A stretch of DNA of 64,000 nucleotides from Syntrophales bacterium (GCA_963668175.1 OY764159.1:4256001-4320000); one strand, 5' to 3'; shown: positions 30,693 to 41,757, numbered from the stretch's first letter. Translations and numbers: made by a program. Notes: generated by a model from the letters alone, not told the origin.

Positions 30693-32513
30693 TCATCCGT
30701 TGATTTCATAAAACATCTTTGCATTGATAAAGCTGAACATAAACTTACTGTGGCTGTTTGGAAAGAAATCCCGATCAATCAAAGACTCTATACAATCTCT
30801 TTTGATGATATCGTAAATGGGGTTGTCTTCCAGCAAGTAATTTCGCGTATCTTCATCCTTGAAGTCGATTATCGAGTCGATGGACGCGTTAAAGCCCTTT
30901 TTCTGCCTGTCCAGACGGACTTTATCGTTCAGAATCCCTTTCATGGCTTCCCGCAGGATGTATTTCCCGAATCCGCCGACAATGAGATATTCTGCGGGAA
31001 TAGAATAAGCGAAATCAAAAAGCCGCGAGTCCAGGTACGGACTGCGGTTCTCAATGGAATATTTCATTGAATTCAAATCGTCTTCATGCAGTATCACCCG
31101 CGTTGCTTCGTGAAACAACTCATTCATCATCCTATTACGAAGAAGCGAATCACAGAAATGATGCTCCGTAAACGGTTCAAAAAAATCCCGCGTCAAATAG
31201 GTCTGAAATTCTTCACTCTCGTCAAACACATGCTTACGCATGTTCCGATCTTCCATGTAGAGATTCGGATTTCTCAAGAGCGGATTCCGGACAAATACCT
31301 GAATATTCCTTTGCCAATCCGACAGGTATTTCCCGTAATCCGGATGATTTCGTATTTCATAAAGGTGCAAAATAAAATGATCGTAATATCCCGTGAACAA
31401 TTCATCGGCGGCTGTTCCGGAAAAAGCCACACGGTATCCGCTGCCGGATATGGCTTCAGACAGCAGGGAATGCACAAAATACGTAATCGTTGCGACGGGA
31501 ACATCGTGGTATCGCACCAATTCGCGAAGTCTGCTCAACGATTGCTCATGATGAAGTTCGATCAGGGTATGCCTGCAGCCGAGGTCATTGACCGTAGCCA
31601 TAATGTTGTCATACTCGTTGTATCGCTCGTCACTCTCGATGATGGAAAAAGAGGCGATATCGCAGCCGAATTCCTTCACAGCGATCGAGACAAGGGACGC
31701 CGAGTCAATTCCGCCGCTGAGGCAAAACGCCAGGGGTACATCGGATCGAAGTCTGATTTTCACGCTTTCGATGAGCCTTTGTCTCACCCCTTCAACTGCT
31801 TCTTCAATGCTCATCTTCTCGGGGCGACATGAGGGCTCCCAATATTTCCTGAAGCTCATCCCCAGTCGCCGGTCTATTGTGAGGTTCGTCGCGTACGGTA
31901 TTTCCTCTATTTCGTTAAAAAAGGTCTCATTCTTCTTGTAAAGGGATTTGTAGCCGTTCACCAGATACCGAAGGATCTGTTTCGTATTGACGGTAAAGCT
32001 TCTCCCGGAAAGCAATTTCAGAAATTTTATCTCTGAAGCAAAATAAACGGCGTCGTCCGTCCTATAGATATACAGAGGTTTTTCGGCAAAGCGGTCTCGA
32101 GAGAGAAAGAGTGTCCCGTCTTTTTGATTGTAAATCGCAAACGCCCACATACCCTCAAAGAATTCAACGCACCGCGTTCCGTATTCCATATAAGCGCGCA
32201 ACAGCACTTCCGTATCCGATGTCGTGTTAAATTTTACGCCCTTCTTCTCCAGTTCATCCTTTATTTCCACATAATTGTATATTTCGCCGTTATAGACGAC
32301 AGCATAGTCGCCTATCACAAAAGGCTGATTGGATCGCACATCCAGGTCGATAATACTTAGTCGGGCATGCAGAAGCGCTACATTCATTCCATCGCGACCG
32401 AACGACATGAACTGTCGGCTGTCCGGCCCTCGATTCTTCATGATATCGAGAGTCTTGAAAACGCGGGCTTCATCAATCTTAGCTTTGCCTATATATCCTG
32501 CAATTCCACACAT
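30693..32513 (-). CDS. asnB: AsnB-like glutamine-hydrolysing amidotransferase
   Basis: MCGIAG, NRGPD, HARLSIID, YNGEIYN, LSGGIDS, SGTAADELF. Confidence 0.92.
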   Translation of the reverse strand: MCGIAGYIGKAKIDEARVFKTLDIMKNRGPDSRQFMSFGRDGMNVALLHARLSIIDLDVRSNQPFVIGDYAVVYNGEIYNYVEIKDELEKKGVKFNTTSDTEVLLRAYMEYGTRCVEFFEGMWAFAIYNQKDGTLFLSRDRFAEKPLYIYRTDDAVYFASEIKFLKLLSGRSFTVNTKQILRYLVNGYKSLYKKNETFFNEIEEIPYATNLTIDRRLGMSFRKYWEPSCRPEKMSIEEAVEGVRQRLIESVKIRLRSDVPLAFCLSGGIDSASLVSIAVKEFGCDIASFSIIESDERYNEYDNIMATVNDLGCRHTLIELHHEQSLSRLRELVRYHDVPVATITYFVHSLLSEAISGSGYRVAFSGTAADELFTGYYDHFILHLYEIRNHPDYGKYLSDWQRNIQVFVRNPLLRNPNLYMEDRNMRKHVFDESEEFQTYLTRDFFEPFTEHHFCDSLLRNRMMNELFHEATRVILHEDDLNSMKYSIENRSPYLDSRLFDFAYSIPAEYLIVGGFGKYILREAMKGILNDKVRLDRQKKGFNASIDSIIDFKDEDTRNYLLEDNPIYDIIKRDCIESLIDRDFFPNSHSKFMFSFINAKMFYEING

Positions 32514-32521
32514 ATCGTAAT

Positions 32522-33427
32522 CTACACTATCGCTATTCGTTTAAGATAAAACAGGTCCGTATCGATATCATTATCGCCGTCGATTGCCGTTGGGCAACAG
32601 ATGATACCGAAGTTCTTGAGAACGGATATGACGTTTTCATTGAAGCAGTATTCCATACCCTCGGGATACGAATAATGCTTTGTCTCAATATCAGCTCTTG
32701 CTTTTATCAACTCCAGACTTCGCGCTATTTCTTCTACCAGGCCGTCGCCGCTGAGAAACCCCAGATTCTGATGCCTGTGCGTGTGCCCTCCAATAGTGAA
32801 GAGCTTGTGTTCACTCAATTCCCTCACTTGATTCCAGTTCATCTTCAGGTCGATCGGTTCATTGCTGGTTTCAATTCCCTCCATCTCACATTGCGCGAAT
32901 ATCAGCTTTACCAACTCCTCTGTATCTATAGATGCATCACGCTTCACATACTGCCTCAGATATTCGAGAAACAAAATTTTTTCCTTCACGGAATCCAACC
33001 GAAACGGCTTTGCTTCCCATGGAAGCAAGACGACTTTATTTTCGACGTGCTCACAGCAGAACTCTATCCTGTCGATCCACGACATATGATTGTTCTCGAT
33101 AAAATCAGTAGTTATATAAAATATCGCCGGAATATTGAATTTCTCGAGAATCGGCGCAGCCACTTCATAGTTGTTATGGAATCCGTCGTCGAACGTGATT
33201 ATGAATGCCCTCGGAGGAAAGGGTTCCCTGTTGTTGATATGCCGAACGGCGTCCTCAATGCTTAAAGCCGTCCCCGCGCCGCTGACTGCTTGCAACACGT
33301 TGACGAAATAGTCCTTCGATATGTGCTTACGATTATAATTTCTGACTTGGTAGTCAACATCGTCTACAACCCCGTGGCAGAGGAAAATAGCTAATGTATC
33401 TTCCTTCAATCTATCTGCAAAATTCAC
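32522..33427 (-). CDS. Polysaccharide deacetylase (CE4/NodB-type)
   Basis: ITFDDG, GGHTHRH, YSYPEG; GTG 33427 gives GTGA overlap (ORF track start 33466). Confidence 0.85.
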   Translation of the reverse strand: MNFADRLKEDTLAIFLCHGVVDDVDYQVRNYNRKHISKDYFVNVLQAVSGAGTALSIEDAVRHINNREPFPPRAFIITFDDGFHNNYEVAAPILEKFNIPAIFYITTDFIENNHMSWIDRIEFCCEHVENKVVLLPWEAKPFRLDSVKEKILFLEYLRQYVKRDASIDTEELVKLIFAQCEMEGIETSNEPIDLKMNWNQVRELSEHKLFTIGGHTHRHQNLGFLSGDGLVEEIARSLELIKARADIETKHYSYPEGMEYCFNENVISVLKNFGIICCPTAIDGDNDIDTDLFYLKRIAIV

Positions 33428-34140
33428 GCAATACCCGCCGTATAATTTCTGAATTTTCTCACGCAAATATCTTTAAGTGAAGACGGCATAAACGAATAAT
33501 ATCTCCCTTTCGCGCGCTGGGGAGTCGAAATGAAGCGTCCGAAGCGACTGAACATGTCGAGGGCCGACAGAACGAGCATGATACAGGCTTCTGTATTGAA
33601 TCTTCGTAATTCGTAAAGTTGCATATCCTTACGCAGCTCAACGGGCGACTGGAGGATGATCTCTCCGTCGTCGAGGCTTGCATTCACTCTGTGCAGCGTA
33701 CAGACGATACTTGAATAATCGTCATGATAGACGGACCATAAATGCGAGTCCAATCCCCTGTACCCCTCGGGATCGCCGCCATGGAGGTTTATCGTTCCTT
33801 CGGGACATATCGATAAAATGTCTTTCTTCAGCAAGCCTGTTCCAAAAACGACGATCACGTCCGGATCGACAGATTTGATATGCTCAACCGCAGGAACGCT
33901 GTTAACGGATCCGATCTGAAACGTTTTCGCGAAATCTTTAATAAGTTTTTTCTGTTTACCGAAAAAATGATCCTCTTCATAGGTCTCACGGATCACTTCA
34001 AACTCATGCCTTACCTCAAAATTTGGCGCATGGACATCCGTCTCCAAGACCACGTTCGCAAGCTCGTGCTTTTCCGATAACTTCTTCACGAAATAAGCGT
34101 GATGCAGCGTTTCCGTCGTGAGAACGACAATTTTCATCAT
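33424..34140 (-). CDS. Formyltransferase (N10-formyl-THF dependent)
   Basis: PDVIVVFG, INLHGG..YRG, LDDGEIILQ (N-x-H...D catalytic residues). Confidence 0.82.
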   Translation of the reverse strand: MMKIVVLTTETLHHAYFVKKLSEKHELANVVLETDVHAPNFEVRHEFEVIRETYEEDHFFGKQKKLIKDFAKTFQIGSVNSVPAVEHIKSVDPDVIVVFGTGLLKKDILSICPEGTINLHGGDPEGYRGLDSHLWSVYHDDYSSIVCTLHRVNASLDDGEIILQSPVELRKDMQLYELRRFNTEACIMLVLSALDMFSRFGRFISTPQRAKGRYYSFMPSSLKDICVRKFRNYTAGIA

Positions 34141-35159
34141 TCAATTTCCCCGAGGTCCGCCAAACGGATCTGTTCCCCTTTACTGATGGGCCTCTTGGCT
34201 CGCCGGCCAATTACCAACGCTTCCCGCCCCGGCGGTAAACCGCCCCCGGGCCGGACCCACGTTATGTCCTCAATGGTTATCTCTTTTCCTTTCGGCACGT
34301 TATGCTTCGCCACGATCGATCTGCGGACTTGATCCATGATGTCCAACTCGGACAGTTGCGGTTTTTTAACGCCGGAACCCAGCATAATCCGTGCTTCCCT
34401 TATTTTCCTGACCAAAAGGGACATCTCAGCCGGGTCCGCGGAAATCTGGTGATCACGAAACGAAGAATAGTTCTTGTCTATCGTGAAATGCTTTTCAACG
34501 ATTCTGGCGCCTAATGCGACCGACAGCAAGGCTGCGTCGATGCCCATCGTATGATCCGAATAGCCTATATGGCACGCCTTAAATTCTTTCTTCAACTGCG
34601 TGATGGCGGCTAAATTCGCCTCCTCCGGATTCACCGGGTAACTTGTAACGCAATGCAGAATCGCCAATTCCTGTTCTATCCTTTTTTTGCGCCAAATATC
34701 CCGCACAAATTGTTCCGCACGCTTCAGCACGGGAATATCGGCGAGCCCGCTGGAAATAATCATCGGCTTTCCCGTTGCTGCAATTTCCGCGAGGAGAGGA
34801 TAAAAAGTATTATCACCCGAGGCTACTTTGAATACGGAAACATACTTATTTAAATATGACGCGCTCTCCAGATCGAAGGCTGTCGATATGAACAATAAGC
34901 CTTCGTCCTGGGCTATCCGGCTTAATGTCCTGAATTGATTTTCCTTGAATTCAAACGATCTCAGACGGTCGTATCTTTCCTTGTTGCTCTTGCTGACATA
35001 ATATTGTGTTTTGAATGCCTGAAACTTGACCGCGTTCGCACCTGCTTCCCTGGCAAGTACAATCAGCTTCTTGGCCAGCGAGAAGTCTCCTTCGTGGTTG
35101 TTCCCTATTTCGGCGACAACCAGTATTTCCTTATCCAGATCGAAATCGGCGATTTTCAT
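34137..35159 (-). CDS. neuB: NeuB-family nonulosonic acid synthase with C-terminal SAF/AFP domain
   Basis: AEIGNNHEGD, AVKFQ, KVASGD, LHCVTSYP, GYSDHT, IVEKHFT, RRSIVA. Confidence 0.92.
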   Translation of the reverse strand: MKIADFDLDKEILVVAEIGNNHEGDFSLAKKLIVLAREAGANAVKFQAFKTQYYVSKSNKERYDRLRSFEFKENQFRTLSRIAQDEGLLFISTAFDLESASYLNKYVSVFKVASGDNTFYPLLAEIAATGKPMIISSGLADIPVLKRAEQFVRDIWRKKRIEQELAILHCVTSYPVNPEEANLAAITQLKKEFKACHIGYSDHTMGIDAALLSVALGARIVEKHFTIDKNYSSFRDHQISADPAEMSLLVRKIREARIMLGSGVKKPQLSELDIMDQVRRSIVAKHNVPKGKEITIEDITWVRPGGGLPPGREALVIGRRAKRPISKGEQIRLADLGEIE

Positions 35160-35168
35160 TTTTCCAGC

Positions 35169-35894
35169 TCAATTCATATAATGAAAGACATACTGCGAAC
35201 TTACATATCTGAACCCGATATTCTCATAAAACCTTATGGATTTCGCATTGACAAGCTGCGTTCCCACGCGGATTGTCCGGAAATCGCCGCAATGACTTCC
35301 CGCGAAGTCGATCATATCACGCGCCATTCCCCGTTCCCGATGCGCTTTATCCACGGCTATCAGATCGATGACAAGCTGATGGTCGTTTCCTTTGATCAAT
35401 TGAAGAAAACCCGTCATCTCTTTGCCGTTTTCCGCAACGACCATGAAGTCCCCGCGGCGTCCCCGGAAATAGTTTCTCGCCCATTCGCCCTTGATTCGGT
35501 TCGCCGTAGTGTCAGAGATATTCTCATCCCGATGAAATCGGCTGAGCGTAAACGCACTCTCTGCGATCCTTGCCACGGCATCTTCGTCGTCACTTCCCGC
35601 GAATCTGCTCATCTGAAGCGAAACTTCGCCATGGCTCAACGATATTTTTTTCTCGAATACGACGTTTGTATCGACAAGATAGAAACCGCTGTCATTCAGG
35701 AAACCAATACCGTTCAGGTCATCACATGAAACCTTGGAATACAGGAACACTCGGCTTCGTTGCAGATCTTTCAAGCTTTTTGGGCCGGTCCCACCTGTAA
35801 AGGCGCTGTCGAGGATCACGGCATAGACGTCATGCCCGAAGATGCCCGACAGCCATTCGTCTTTGATAATATTTTTCCCGGGTGTTTTCGTCAT
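35169..35894 (-). CDS. GNAT acetyltransferase (WecD-like)
   Basis: SRFHRD, IDLIAVD...RERGMA, VGTQLVN..SIRFYENIGF; ATG 35894 preferred. Confidence 0.8.
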   Translation of the reverse strand: MTKTPGKNIIKDEWLSGIFGHDVYAVILDSAFTGGTGPKSLKDLQRSRVFLYSKVSCDDLNGIGFLNDSGFYLVDTNVVFEKKISLSHGEVSLQMSRFAGSDDEDAVARIAESAFTLSRFHRDENISDTTANRIKGEWARNYFRGRRGDFMVVAENGKEMTGFLQLIKGNDHQLVIDLIAVDKAHRERGMARDMIDFAGSHCGDFRTIRVGTQLVNAKSIRFYENIGFRYVSSQYVFHYMN

Positions 35895-35898
35895 TAAT

Positions 35899-36906
35899 TT
35901 AGGACGTGAGGGACCTGTACCAGTCGACGTATCCGTCAACGCCTTTCTCTATGGGAAACTTCGGATCGTAACCCAGCATCTTCTTCGCCTTATCCACCGA
36001 CAGGGTTCCGCGATCAGGCATAAGATTGTCTTTCGGCACATAATTGACTTTGATCTCCGGGAAGTGTTCCGTAATAATGGAAGCAAGTTCACCGATGGAA
36101 CGCGATTCGCCGTATGTCAGGTTGAATATTTGATTTCTTGAATTTTCATTTTCTATTACTTTGGTCACGCCTTGGGCCAGATCTTCGATATACGTAAAAT
36201 CCAACCGGTCGGAACCGTCGCCGTTGACGGTTATACCCTTGCCCTGTATGGCATTTTCGATAAAGATCTGAATGATCCGGCGGCTTACGCAACGTTCGCC
36301 ATAAAGAGCGGAAGGCCGGATGATCGTATAGGGCAGTTTAAAAACCTGATTATAGGCGATGACCAGCTTTTCCCCGCCGAGCTTGAGGGCGCCATAGATA
36401 CCGAGCGGTTCACAATACGTCTCCTCTGTGACGAAGCCTCCCTTGAAGTGCCCGTAAACCATGCTTGACGAAAAATAGATAAAATGCTCAACGTTATCCC
36501 TTGAACAATCCAGCGCATTTTCAAGCGTCCTGAAGCTGTGATCAAACGTGCTGTATGGATCTTTGTTTGAGATGTTCGCGTGCGCAACGGCGGCCAAGTG
36601 AACGACCGTCTGCGGCTTCAGCTTTACGATCAGGTCCGTCAACATGTAATAGTCCCGGGCATCGTGTATATAGATCGGAATATCGGCCCGCTCGAGCAAC
36701 TCTACCCTTTGGTGCAGAATTTTCATATACAGCTTATAATTCGGCTCCTTATTATGCGCCGACCGGAAGGAAAGGAAATTGTTGACGTGCAATCCGTCAA
36801 TAATCGATACTTCCGCCCCGTGTTTTTTTAATTCAAGAGCCAGATTATGACCTATAAAACCTGCCCCCCCTATTAACAATACTCTTCTTCCTTTTAAAGG
36901 GATCAT
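35899..36906 (-). CDS. NAD-dependent epimerase/dehydratase
   Basis: GGAGFIG, HLAA, SSSMVYG, YGALK, RPSALYG. Confidence 0.9.
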   Translation of the reverse strand: MIPLKGRRVLLIGGAGFIGHNLALELKKHGAEVSIIDGLHVNNFLSFRSAHNKEPNYKLYMKILHQRVELLERADIPIYIHDARDYYMLTDLIVKLKPQTVVHLAAVAHANISNKDPYSTFDHSFRTLENALDCSRDNVEHFIYFSSSMVYGHFKGGFVTEETYCEPLGIYGALKLGGEKLVIAYNQVFKLPYTIIRPSALYGERCVSRRIIQIFIENAIQGKGITVNGDGSDRLDFTYIEDLAQGVTKVIENENSRNQIFNLTYGESRSIGELASIITEHFPEIKVNYVPKDNLMPDRGTLSVDKAKKMLGYDPKFPIEKGVDGYVDWYRSLTS

Positions 36907-38052
36907 CTATTTGACCTCCAATATAGCACTTTTTATATTTTTAACGATGTATACCATATCATCAATATCAAGATGGGGACCAACGGGCAGTGCAATGGAG
37001 TTTTCGCTGATCCGGGTCGCCACAGGATACGATGAATCCTCATAACCATATTTCTCTTTATAATAGGAGAGTTTTGGCACGGCCCGGGGATAATAGACGC
37101 TTGTCCCAACCCCGTTCTTCTTGAGATATTCCACAATCTCAAATCTCTTGGGTGCCAGAGAATCCTTCAACAGGATCGACATGCAATAGTAACTGCTTCT
37201 GTATTCGTCATGACTTGACCGGAAAAGGTCAATCTCATCAATCTCCTGAAAACCGCTCTCAAGATATTCGTAATTCTCTTTCCTTTTCGCCAGAAAACCA
37301 TCTATTTTTTTCAATTGCTGTGTGCCCAGCACCGCCTCGATTTCATTCATGCGGTAGTTGTATCCCAGCATGGTGACGTCATATACGCCCGGCACACTCC
37401 TCTCGCTCGGCGTCCGGTCGACGCCGAATGCTTTTTGCCGGGTGATCTTATCCGCCATTTCCTTGTTTTGCGTAATGAGCATTCCTCCTTCGGCGGTCGT
37501 CATGTGCTTAACCGGATAGAATGAGAAACATCCCGCGTCGCCCAATATGCCGGCATGAACACCCTTGAAGTATGTGCCTATGGCGAGCGCACAATCTTCC
37601 ACCACAAACAGGCCGTATTTTTTTGCAACGGCATTAACCTTGTCCATGTTAACCGGCATCCCCAGATAGTGGACTACCGATAGCGCCTTCGTTCGATCCG
37701 TTATAAACGTTTCTATCTGATCCGTGTCGATGTTCCCCGTTTCCTGTTCCGCATCGACAAAAACAGGTTTTGCTCCGCATAATTCGACGGCATGGGCTGT
37801 GGCAGTATGAGTCATCGCAGGTACGACAACCTCGTCTCCCTCATGTAAGCCCATATAGAAATACGACAGATGCAGTGCGGCGGTGCACGACGATGCTGAA
37901 ACCGCGAACTTGGCGCCCGTATAGGCAGCGAATTCAACTTCAAATTCCTTGGCCCGCGGTCCATGCACCAGTATATTACCCTCCAGGACTTCTGCTACGG
38001 CCCTTTTCTCCTCATCACCAATGATTGGCCTGCCAAAGGGAATCGCTCTCAT
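36907..38052 (-). CDS. DegT/PseC/Per-like PLP aminotransferase
   Basis: SSCTAALHL, VEDCA, FSFYPVKHMTTAEGG, GYNYRM. Confidence 0.92.
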   Translation of the reverse strand: MRAIPFGRPIIGDEEKRAVAEVLEGNILVHGPRAKEFEVEFAAYTGAKFAVSASSCTAALHLSYFYMGLHEGDEVVVPAMTHTATAHAVELCGAKPVFVDAEQETGNIDTDQIETFITDRTKALSVVHYLGMPVNMDKVNAVAKKYGLFVVEDCALAIGTYFKGVHAGILGDAGCFSFYPVKHMTTAEGGMLITQNKEMADKITRQKAFGVDRTPSERSVPGVYDVTMLGYNYRMNEIEAVLGTQQLKKIDGFLAKRKENYEYLESGFQEIDEIDLFRSSHDEYRSSYYCMSILLKDSLAPKRFEIVEYLKKNGVGTSVYYPRAVPKLSYYKEKYGYEDSSYPVATRISENSIALPVGPHLDIDDMVYIVKNIKSAILEVK

Positions 38053-38063
38053 CTTGCCTCCTA

Positions 38064-39074
38064 TTATATATATTTCACCGGCAACGATTTGCCGACTTTT
38101 GCAGATTTCTCGATGGCAAAGCAGACCGACATCGTTTTGAAGACATCGTCTTCAGATATTTCCGGTGCTCGACCTTCATGGATTGCGTCTATAAAATCCG
38201 AAAGCAGGTTGCCTTTACCTACACCCGGGTACTCACCCTGAATCAGTCTCGGAATATCCTCCGGATTCCTTGAATTATATATGATTCCTTCTTTCAGATT
38301 GTTCTCGAACGTTGCCTCCGTACCGTATATGGCAAGCTTATGGAAATGCGGATAGACACATCCGAAATTCGCCGATATCTTTCCAACGATACCGTTATCG
38401 AACTTCATGGCGGAAACAACCATGTCATTATATTTAAAATCGCTTCCTGTTGAACATATGTTATTTCCAAACGCTGCAACTTCAACGACACTCGTACCCG
38501 TCAACCAGATCAGAAGATCGATAATATGGACGCCCCCCCCGTAAACAACCGAGTAAAAATCAATTTTGCCACGCCATCCGTCTGTGATTTTGTTCAGACG
38601 CCCATAATTATAGTCACCTTCTACGTAGAACAATTTGCCCATATCACCGTTGGCGATCATGTCCTTTAGTTGGATGAATCTCGGATATTTTCTCAAGATG
38701 AGATTCGAAGAAAGCCTGATTCCGGGTTTCGCTCTAAGGGCGTTACGTATGTCCCTTGCATCCTCTTCATACAAACATAGAGGCTTTTCAACAAAGACAT
38801 GTTTATTATTTCCGACGGCCCGTATAATCTGCTCGTAATGGCAATCATCGTAGGAAGCGACAACAACTAGGTCGATCTCATCATGATCGAGGATGTCGGC
38901 GGCATTCTTTGTAATTAAAACGTCTTTATATCTTGACCTGGCCCGGACAATCTTTTCCTCATCGATATCGCAGACGCCCACCAGACGGCACTTTGGATTT
39001 CGAGACAATGCTTCCGCATGGGCTTCTCCTACGCCGAAACCGATGACACCGACTCTGATATCGCCGTTACTCAT
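38064..39074 (-). CDS. Gfo/Idh/MocA-family oxidoreductase
   Basis: GVIGFGVG, HVFVEKP, GGGVHIID. Confidence 0.88.
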   Translation of the reverse strand: MSNGDIRVGVIGFGVGEAHAEALSRNPKCRLVGVCDIDEEKIVRARSRYKDVLITKNAADILDHDEIDLVVVASYDDCHYEQIIRAVGNNKHVFVEKPLCLYEEDARDIRNALRAKPGIRLSSNLILRKYPRFIQLKDMIANGDMGKLFYVEGDYNYGRLNKITDGWRGKIDFYSVVYGGGVHIIDLLIWLTGTSVVEVAAFGNNICSTGSDFKYNDMVVSAMKFDNGIVGKISANFGCVYPHFHKLAIYGTEATFENNLKEGIIYNSRNPEDIPRLIQGEYPGVGKGNLLSDFIDAIHEGRAPEISEDDVFKTMSVCFAIEKSAKVGKSLPVKYI

Positions 39075-39763
39075 TCTCTGCCGGATAATGCATCATAGAG
39101 CTTCAGAATTTCTGCCAGATGATACGACCAGTGCGGCCTGTCCATCTGCGATATCAATTCGTCGAATAATTTCATGTCTTCTTCCGTGTCAATCGACAGT
39201 TGCATGCCGGACCGGTCTTCATTCGACAGCATATTGAATATCTTGAATTCATCTGCGTTTTGGTAAAAGAACCGCGTAACATGCTCCATGTCATCCTTCG
39301 TCACGATTCTCTCTGCTGTATCCTTAAAGGTTTTACTATTGACCACTTCGACGGATTGCCCCTTGGGATACGATCTCGGAAACACATTGGTCACTAAATC
39401 ATAGCTGCCCTCGTTAAATATCTCCATTCCCTCTTCTATCAGGTCGCTGTCGATGAGCGGACTGTCGCCGTTTACACGGACAAAAGCGTCCATCGGATAT
39501 TGATTCAAGGCGCCGCAGAATCTGCCCACGACATTATCCAGACTGCCCCGATAACATTCTATTCGATGTTGTCTGCAAAATTTCTCTATAAGATCATCTT
39601 GACCGTCTTTCGAAGTGCTTACGACTATCTGCTTTAGATTCGCTGTTCTCTGTAATTTTTCGATGATATACATCAGCATCGGCTTCCCGTTAACGTTGCG
39701 GAGTACTTTACCGGGACATCTTTGCGAGCTCATTCGAGCCTGGATAATCGCGCCAACGTCCAT
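39071..39763 (-). CDS. SpsF-type cytidylyltransferase (QARM variant)
   Basis: IIQARMSSQRCPGKVL, RGSLDNV, RVNGDSP, EHVT, SIDTEED; ATG 39763 preferred. Confidence 0.85.
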   Translation of the reverse strand: MDVGAIIQARMSSQRCPGKVLRNVNGKPMLMYIIEKLQRTANLKQIVVSTSKDGQDDLIEKFCRQHRIECYRGSLDNVVGRFCGALNQYPMDAFVRVNGDSPLIDSDLIEEGMEIFNEGSYDLVTNVFPRSYPKGQSVEVVNSKTFKDTAERIVTKDDMEHVTRFFYQNADEFKIFNMLSNEDRSGMQLSIDTEEDMKLFDELISQMDRPHWSYHLAEILKLYDALSGRE

Positions 39764-39833
39764 CAGGGGATTTCGCAACCTGTTTTCGTAACATCTATAA
39801 CATTGCATTTGCAGATGTTGTCTTTATTGATAT

Positions 39834-41756
39834 TCATTCTTCCCACAAATTATCCGTCATTTGAAAGAATTCTTCGTTGATATGATTCTTTTCGATATAT
39901 CGACTCACTGAGAATTTCAAAGACTCATGCACATCACTACTACACTCACACCGATCAAGATAATCATTAAAGAACTCTCCGACTCTTCTACCTGCCTCAA
40001 AATCATCGTTGAAATTAAGTCTTTTCTTCCACGAGCTCAAATCCCCTATAGACTTATCTCCCTTTTCCGCCAGGATGACGGCATCCTCTATTTCATCCAG
40101 CGTTCTATAAACTATCTTCTGTGATCTATCTTTGTAGAAAGGATGCTTCGACACCCATGAGCAGTCCCAATGTACCGATCTCCCCCCATATAACGCAGAT
40201 ATTACACCGGCTGAATTGATCCCATAACACACACAGAGATCGCTATTTCTTGAAGCCACCATCGGCAGAACACTGTAATCAAGTGCAACCAATCTCTTCT
40301 CTTTAATCAGAGTATTCATTCGATTTACTATCTGCCGTCCTTCTGGCAGATAGGATAGTTCTTCGATATTCTGACCCTTACATTTCGCGACGGCTCCCCA
40401 GTGCGGATTTGCATCCAATATATCCAAAATTCTTAAATAGAATCTCGACAAGCTCGCAGGCGTCTGGTGCAAATGATTCGCTACGCTGGAATCGAATATC
40501 GTGAATACAAAATCGAGACCTTTCAGTCCACTATCATTAAGAAAACCGTTATTCTTCGGCGTTATCCATACCCCGGAAGGCAAGACGTAATTACACGTAT
40601 TATAGCCTGAATTTATAACATCATGGAATAACTTTCCCCACACGAAGAAAACATGGAATGGAAAAAGATGAATTGGCGTAAGAACAACATGATAGCTCGA
40701 CCAATGAAAGCCGACGGAAATACCTCCAACGGCTTCAATTGCATTCCTTTGTACTTCCTGTTTCCAGGATACGTCCTGATGCTGAATAAATATTTTCACC
40801 TTATACCGCGAAAACAGCATTTTATAGATGTGCAGCCAGTATTCGTATTGAAAGTGAAGCAGTCTTAGAAATAGAGGCGACCCTTTGTGATGAAATTCGA
40901 TGCACCGGATAAAAATATTTCTTATCGACCCCCATCTGAACGCTACCGAATTGAGGTTTGCAGCATGTCCGCCATCAATCCATCCGATGTTATCATATTT
41001 CTCCTCTATTTCTTTCAATACTTTGCTATTTGGAGGCGAATCCGGTCTATCAAGATAGCAGACGCAATCGTATTTTCCTCTATCTAAGTATTTCATCCAA
41101 AAAAAGAAATCTACATTATCACCGGCTGCGTATTCAACCCATACGGATGGCCTGATCGCCTTGATATTTGTTTTGACCTCCTTTTTTGAAATCCTTGTCA
41201 AAAATACGCGTAGCGAATAATATATGGGTACGAGGAATAATCTCAAGTGCTTCAGATTAAATGACTCTTTTACAAGAAAACCCTTTTCCTTCCAAAAATC
41301 CTTCATCGCAATATTATGAGGATCTTTTTCAAAAATGATGATATTCGTTTGATCGTTAATCTGATCTCTTGTGTTATGATCCACTATGGTGGCGAATCGC
41401 GCTCTTCTTTGAAGATTCGCAGTCAAATAGCATTTGATCATATTCTGATAACCTGACGTCTTATCGTTTAAATACGTCTTGCAGAACTCCTCAAGAAATT
41501 TTCTCATATTCGCATCTAATTGATAATATAAGCTGCACCCGGAGCCATCCTTCATATCGCGCAAGAACGGCTCGCACGAGAAATACTTATCTTGATTGTA
41601 TCTTTTCAAAATGGAGAGGGTTTTTTTAGCAATTCGTGTTACCAGAAGCATATCGTAATAAATAATCGTATTTCTTTTCATCATCACGGATAGCAGTGAA
41701 AGCATCAAACGGACGATACCGAGTCTCTCTATCCAGATTGTCTGTCTCTTCGCCAA
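39834..41756 (-). CDS. Large orphan polysaccharide-biosynthesis protein, possible GT-B fold
   Basis: 640 aa AT-rich ORF; FFVWG, IFDSS, SDLCVCYGINSAGVISALYG; function not assignable by eye. Confidence 0.45.
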   Translation of the reverse strand: MAKRQTIWIERLGIVRLMLSLLSVMMKRNTIIYYDMLLVTRIAKKTLSILKRYNQDKYFSCEPFLRDMKDGSGCSLYYQLDANMRKFLEEFCKTYLNDKTSGYQNMIKCYLTANLQRRARFATIVDHNTRDQINDQTNIIIFEKDPHNIAMKDFWKEKGFLVKESFNLKHLRLFLVPIYYSLRVFLTRISKKEVKTNIKAIRPSVWVEYAAGDNVDFFFWMKYLDRGKYDCVCYLDRPDSPPNSKVLKEIEEKYDNIGWIDGGHAANLNSVAFRWGSIRNIFIRCIEFHHKGSPLFLRLLHFQYEYWLHIYKMLFSRYKVKIFIQHQDVSWKQEVQRNAIEAVGGISVGFHWSSYHVVLTPIHLFPFHVFFVWGKLFHDVINSGYNTCNYVLPSGVWITPKNNGFLNDSGLKGLDFVFTIFDSSVANHLHQTPASLSRFYLRILDILDANPHWGAVAKCKGQNIEELSYLPEGRQIVNRMNTLIKEKRLVALDYSVLPMVASRNSDLCVCYGINSAGVISALYGGRSVHWDCSWVSKHPFYKDRSQKIVYRTLDEIEDAVILAEKGDKSIGDLSSWKKRLNFNDDFEAGRRVGEFFNDYLDRCECSSDVHESLKFSVSRYIEKNHINEEFFQMTDNLWEE

Positions 41757-41757
41757 T

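Noticed and set aside
38533..38540. G8 tract (coding strand) as a phase-variation site
   Set aside because: In frame and explained by the YGGGVH motif; short; no frameshifted genes seen
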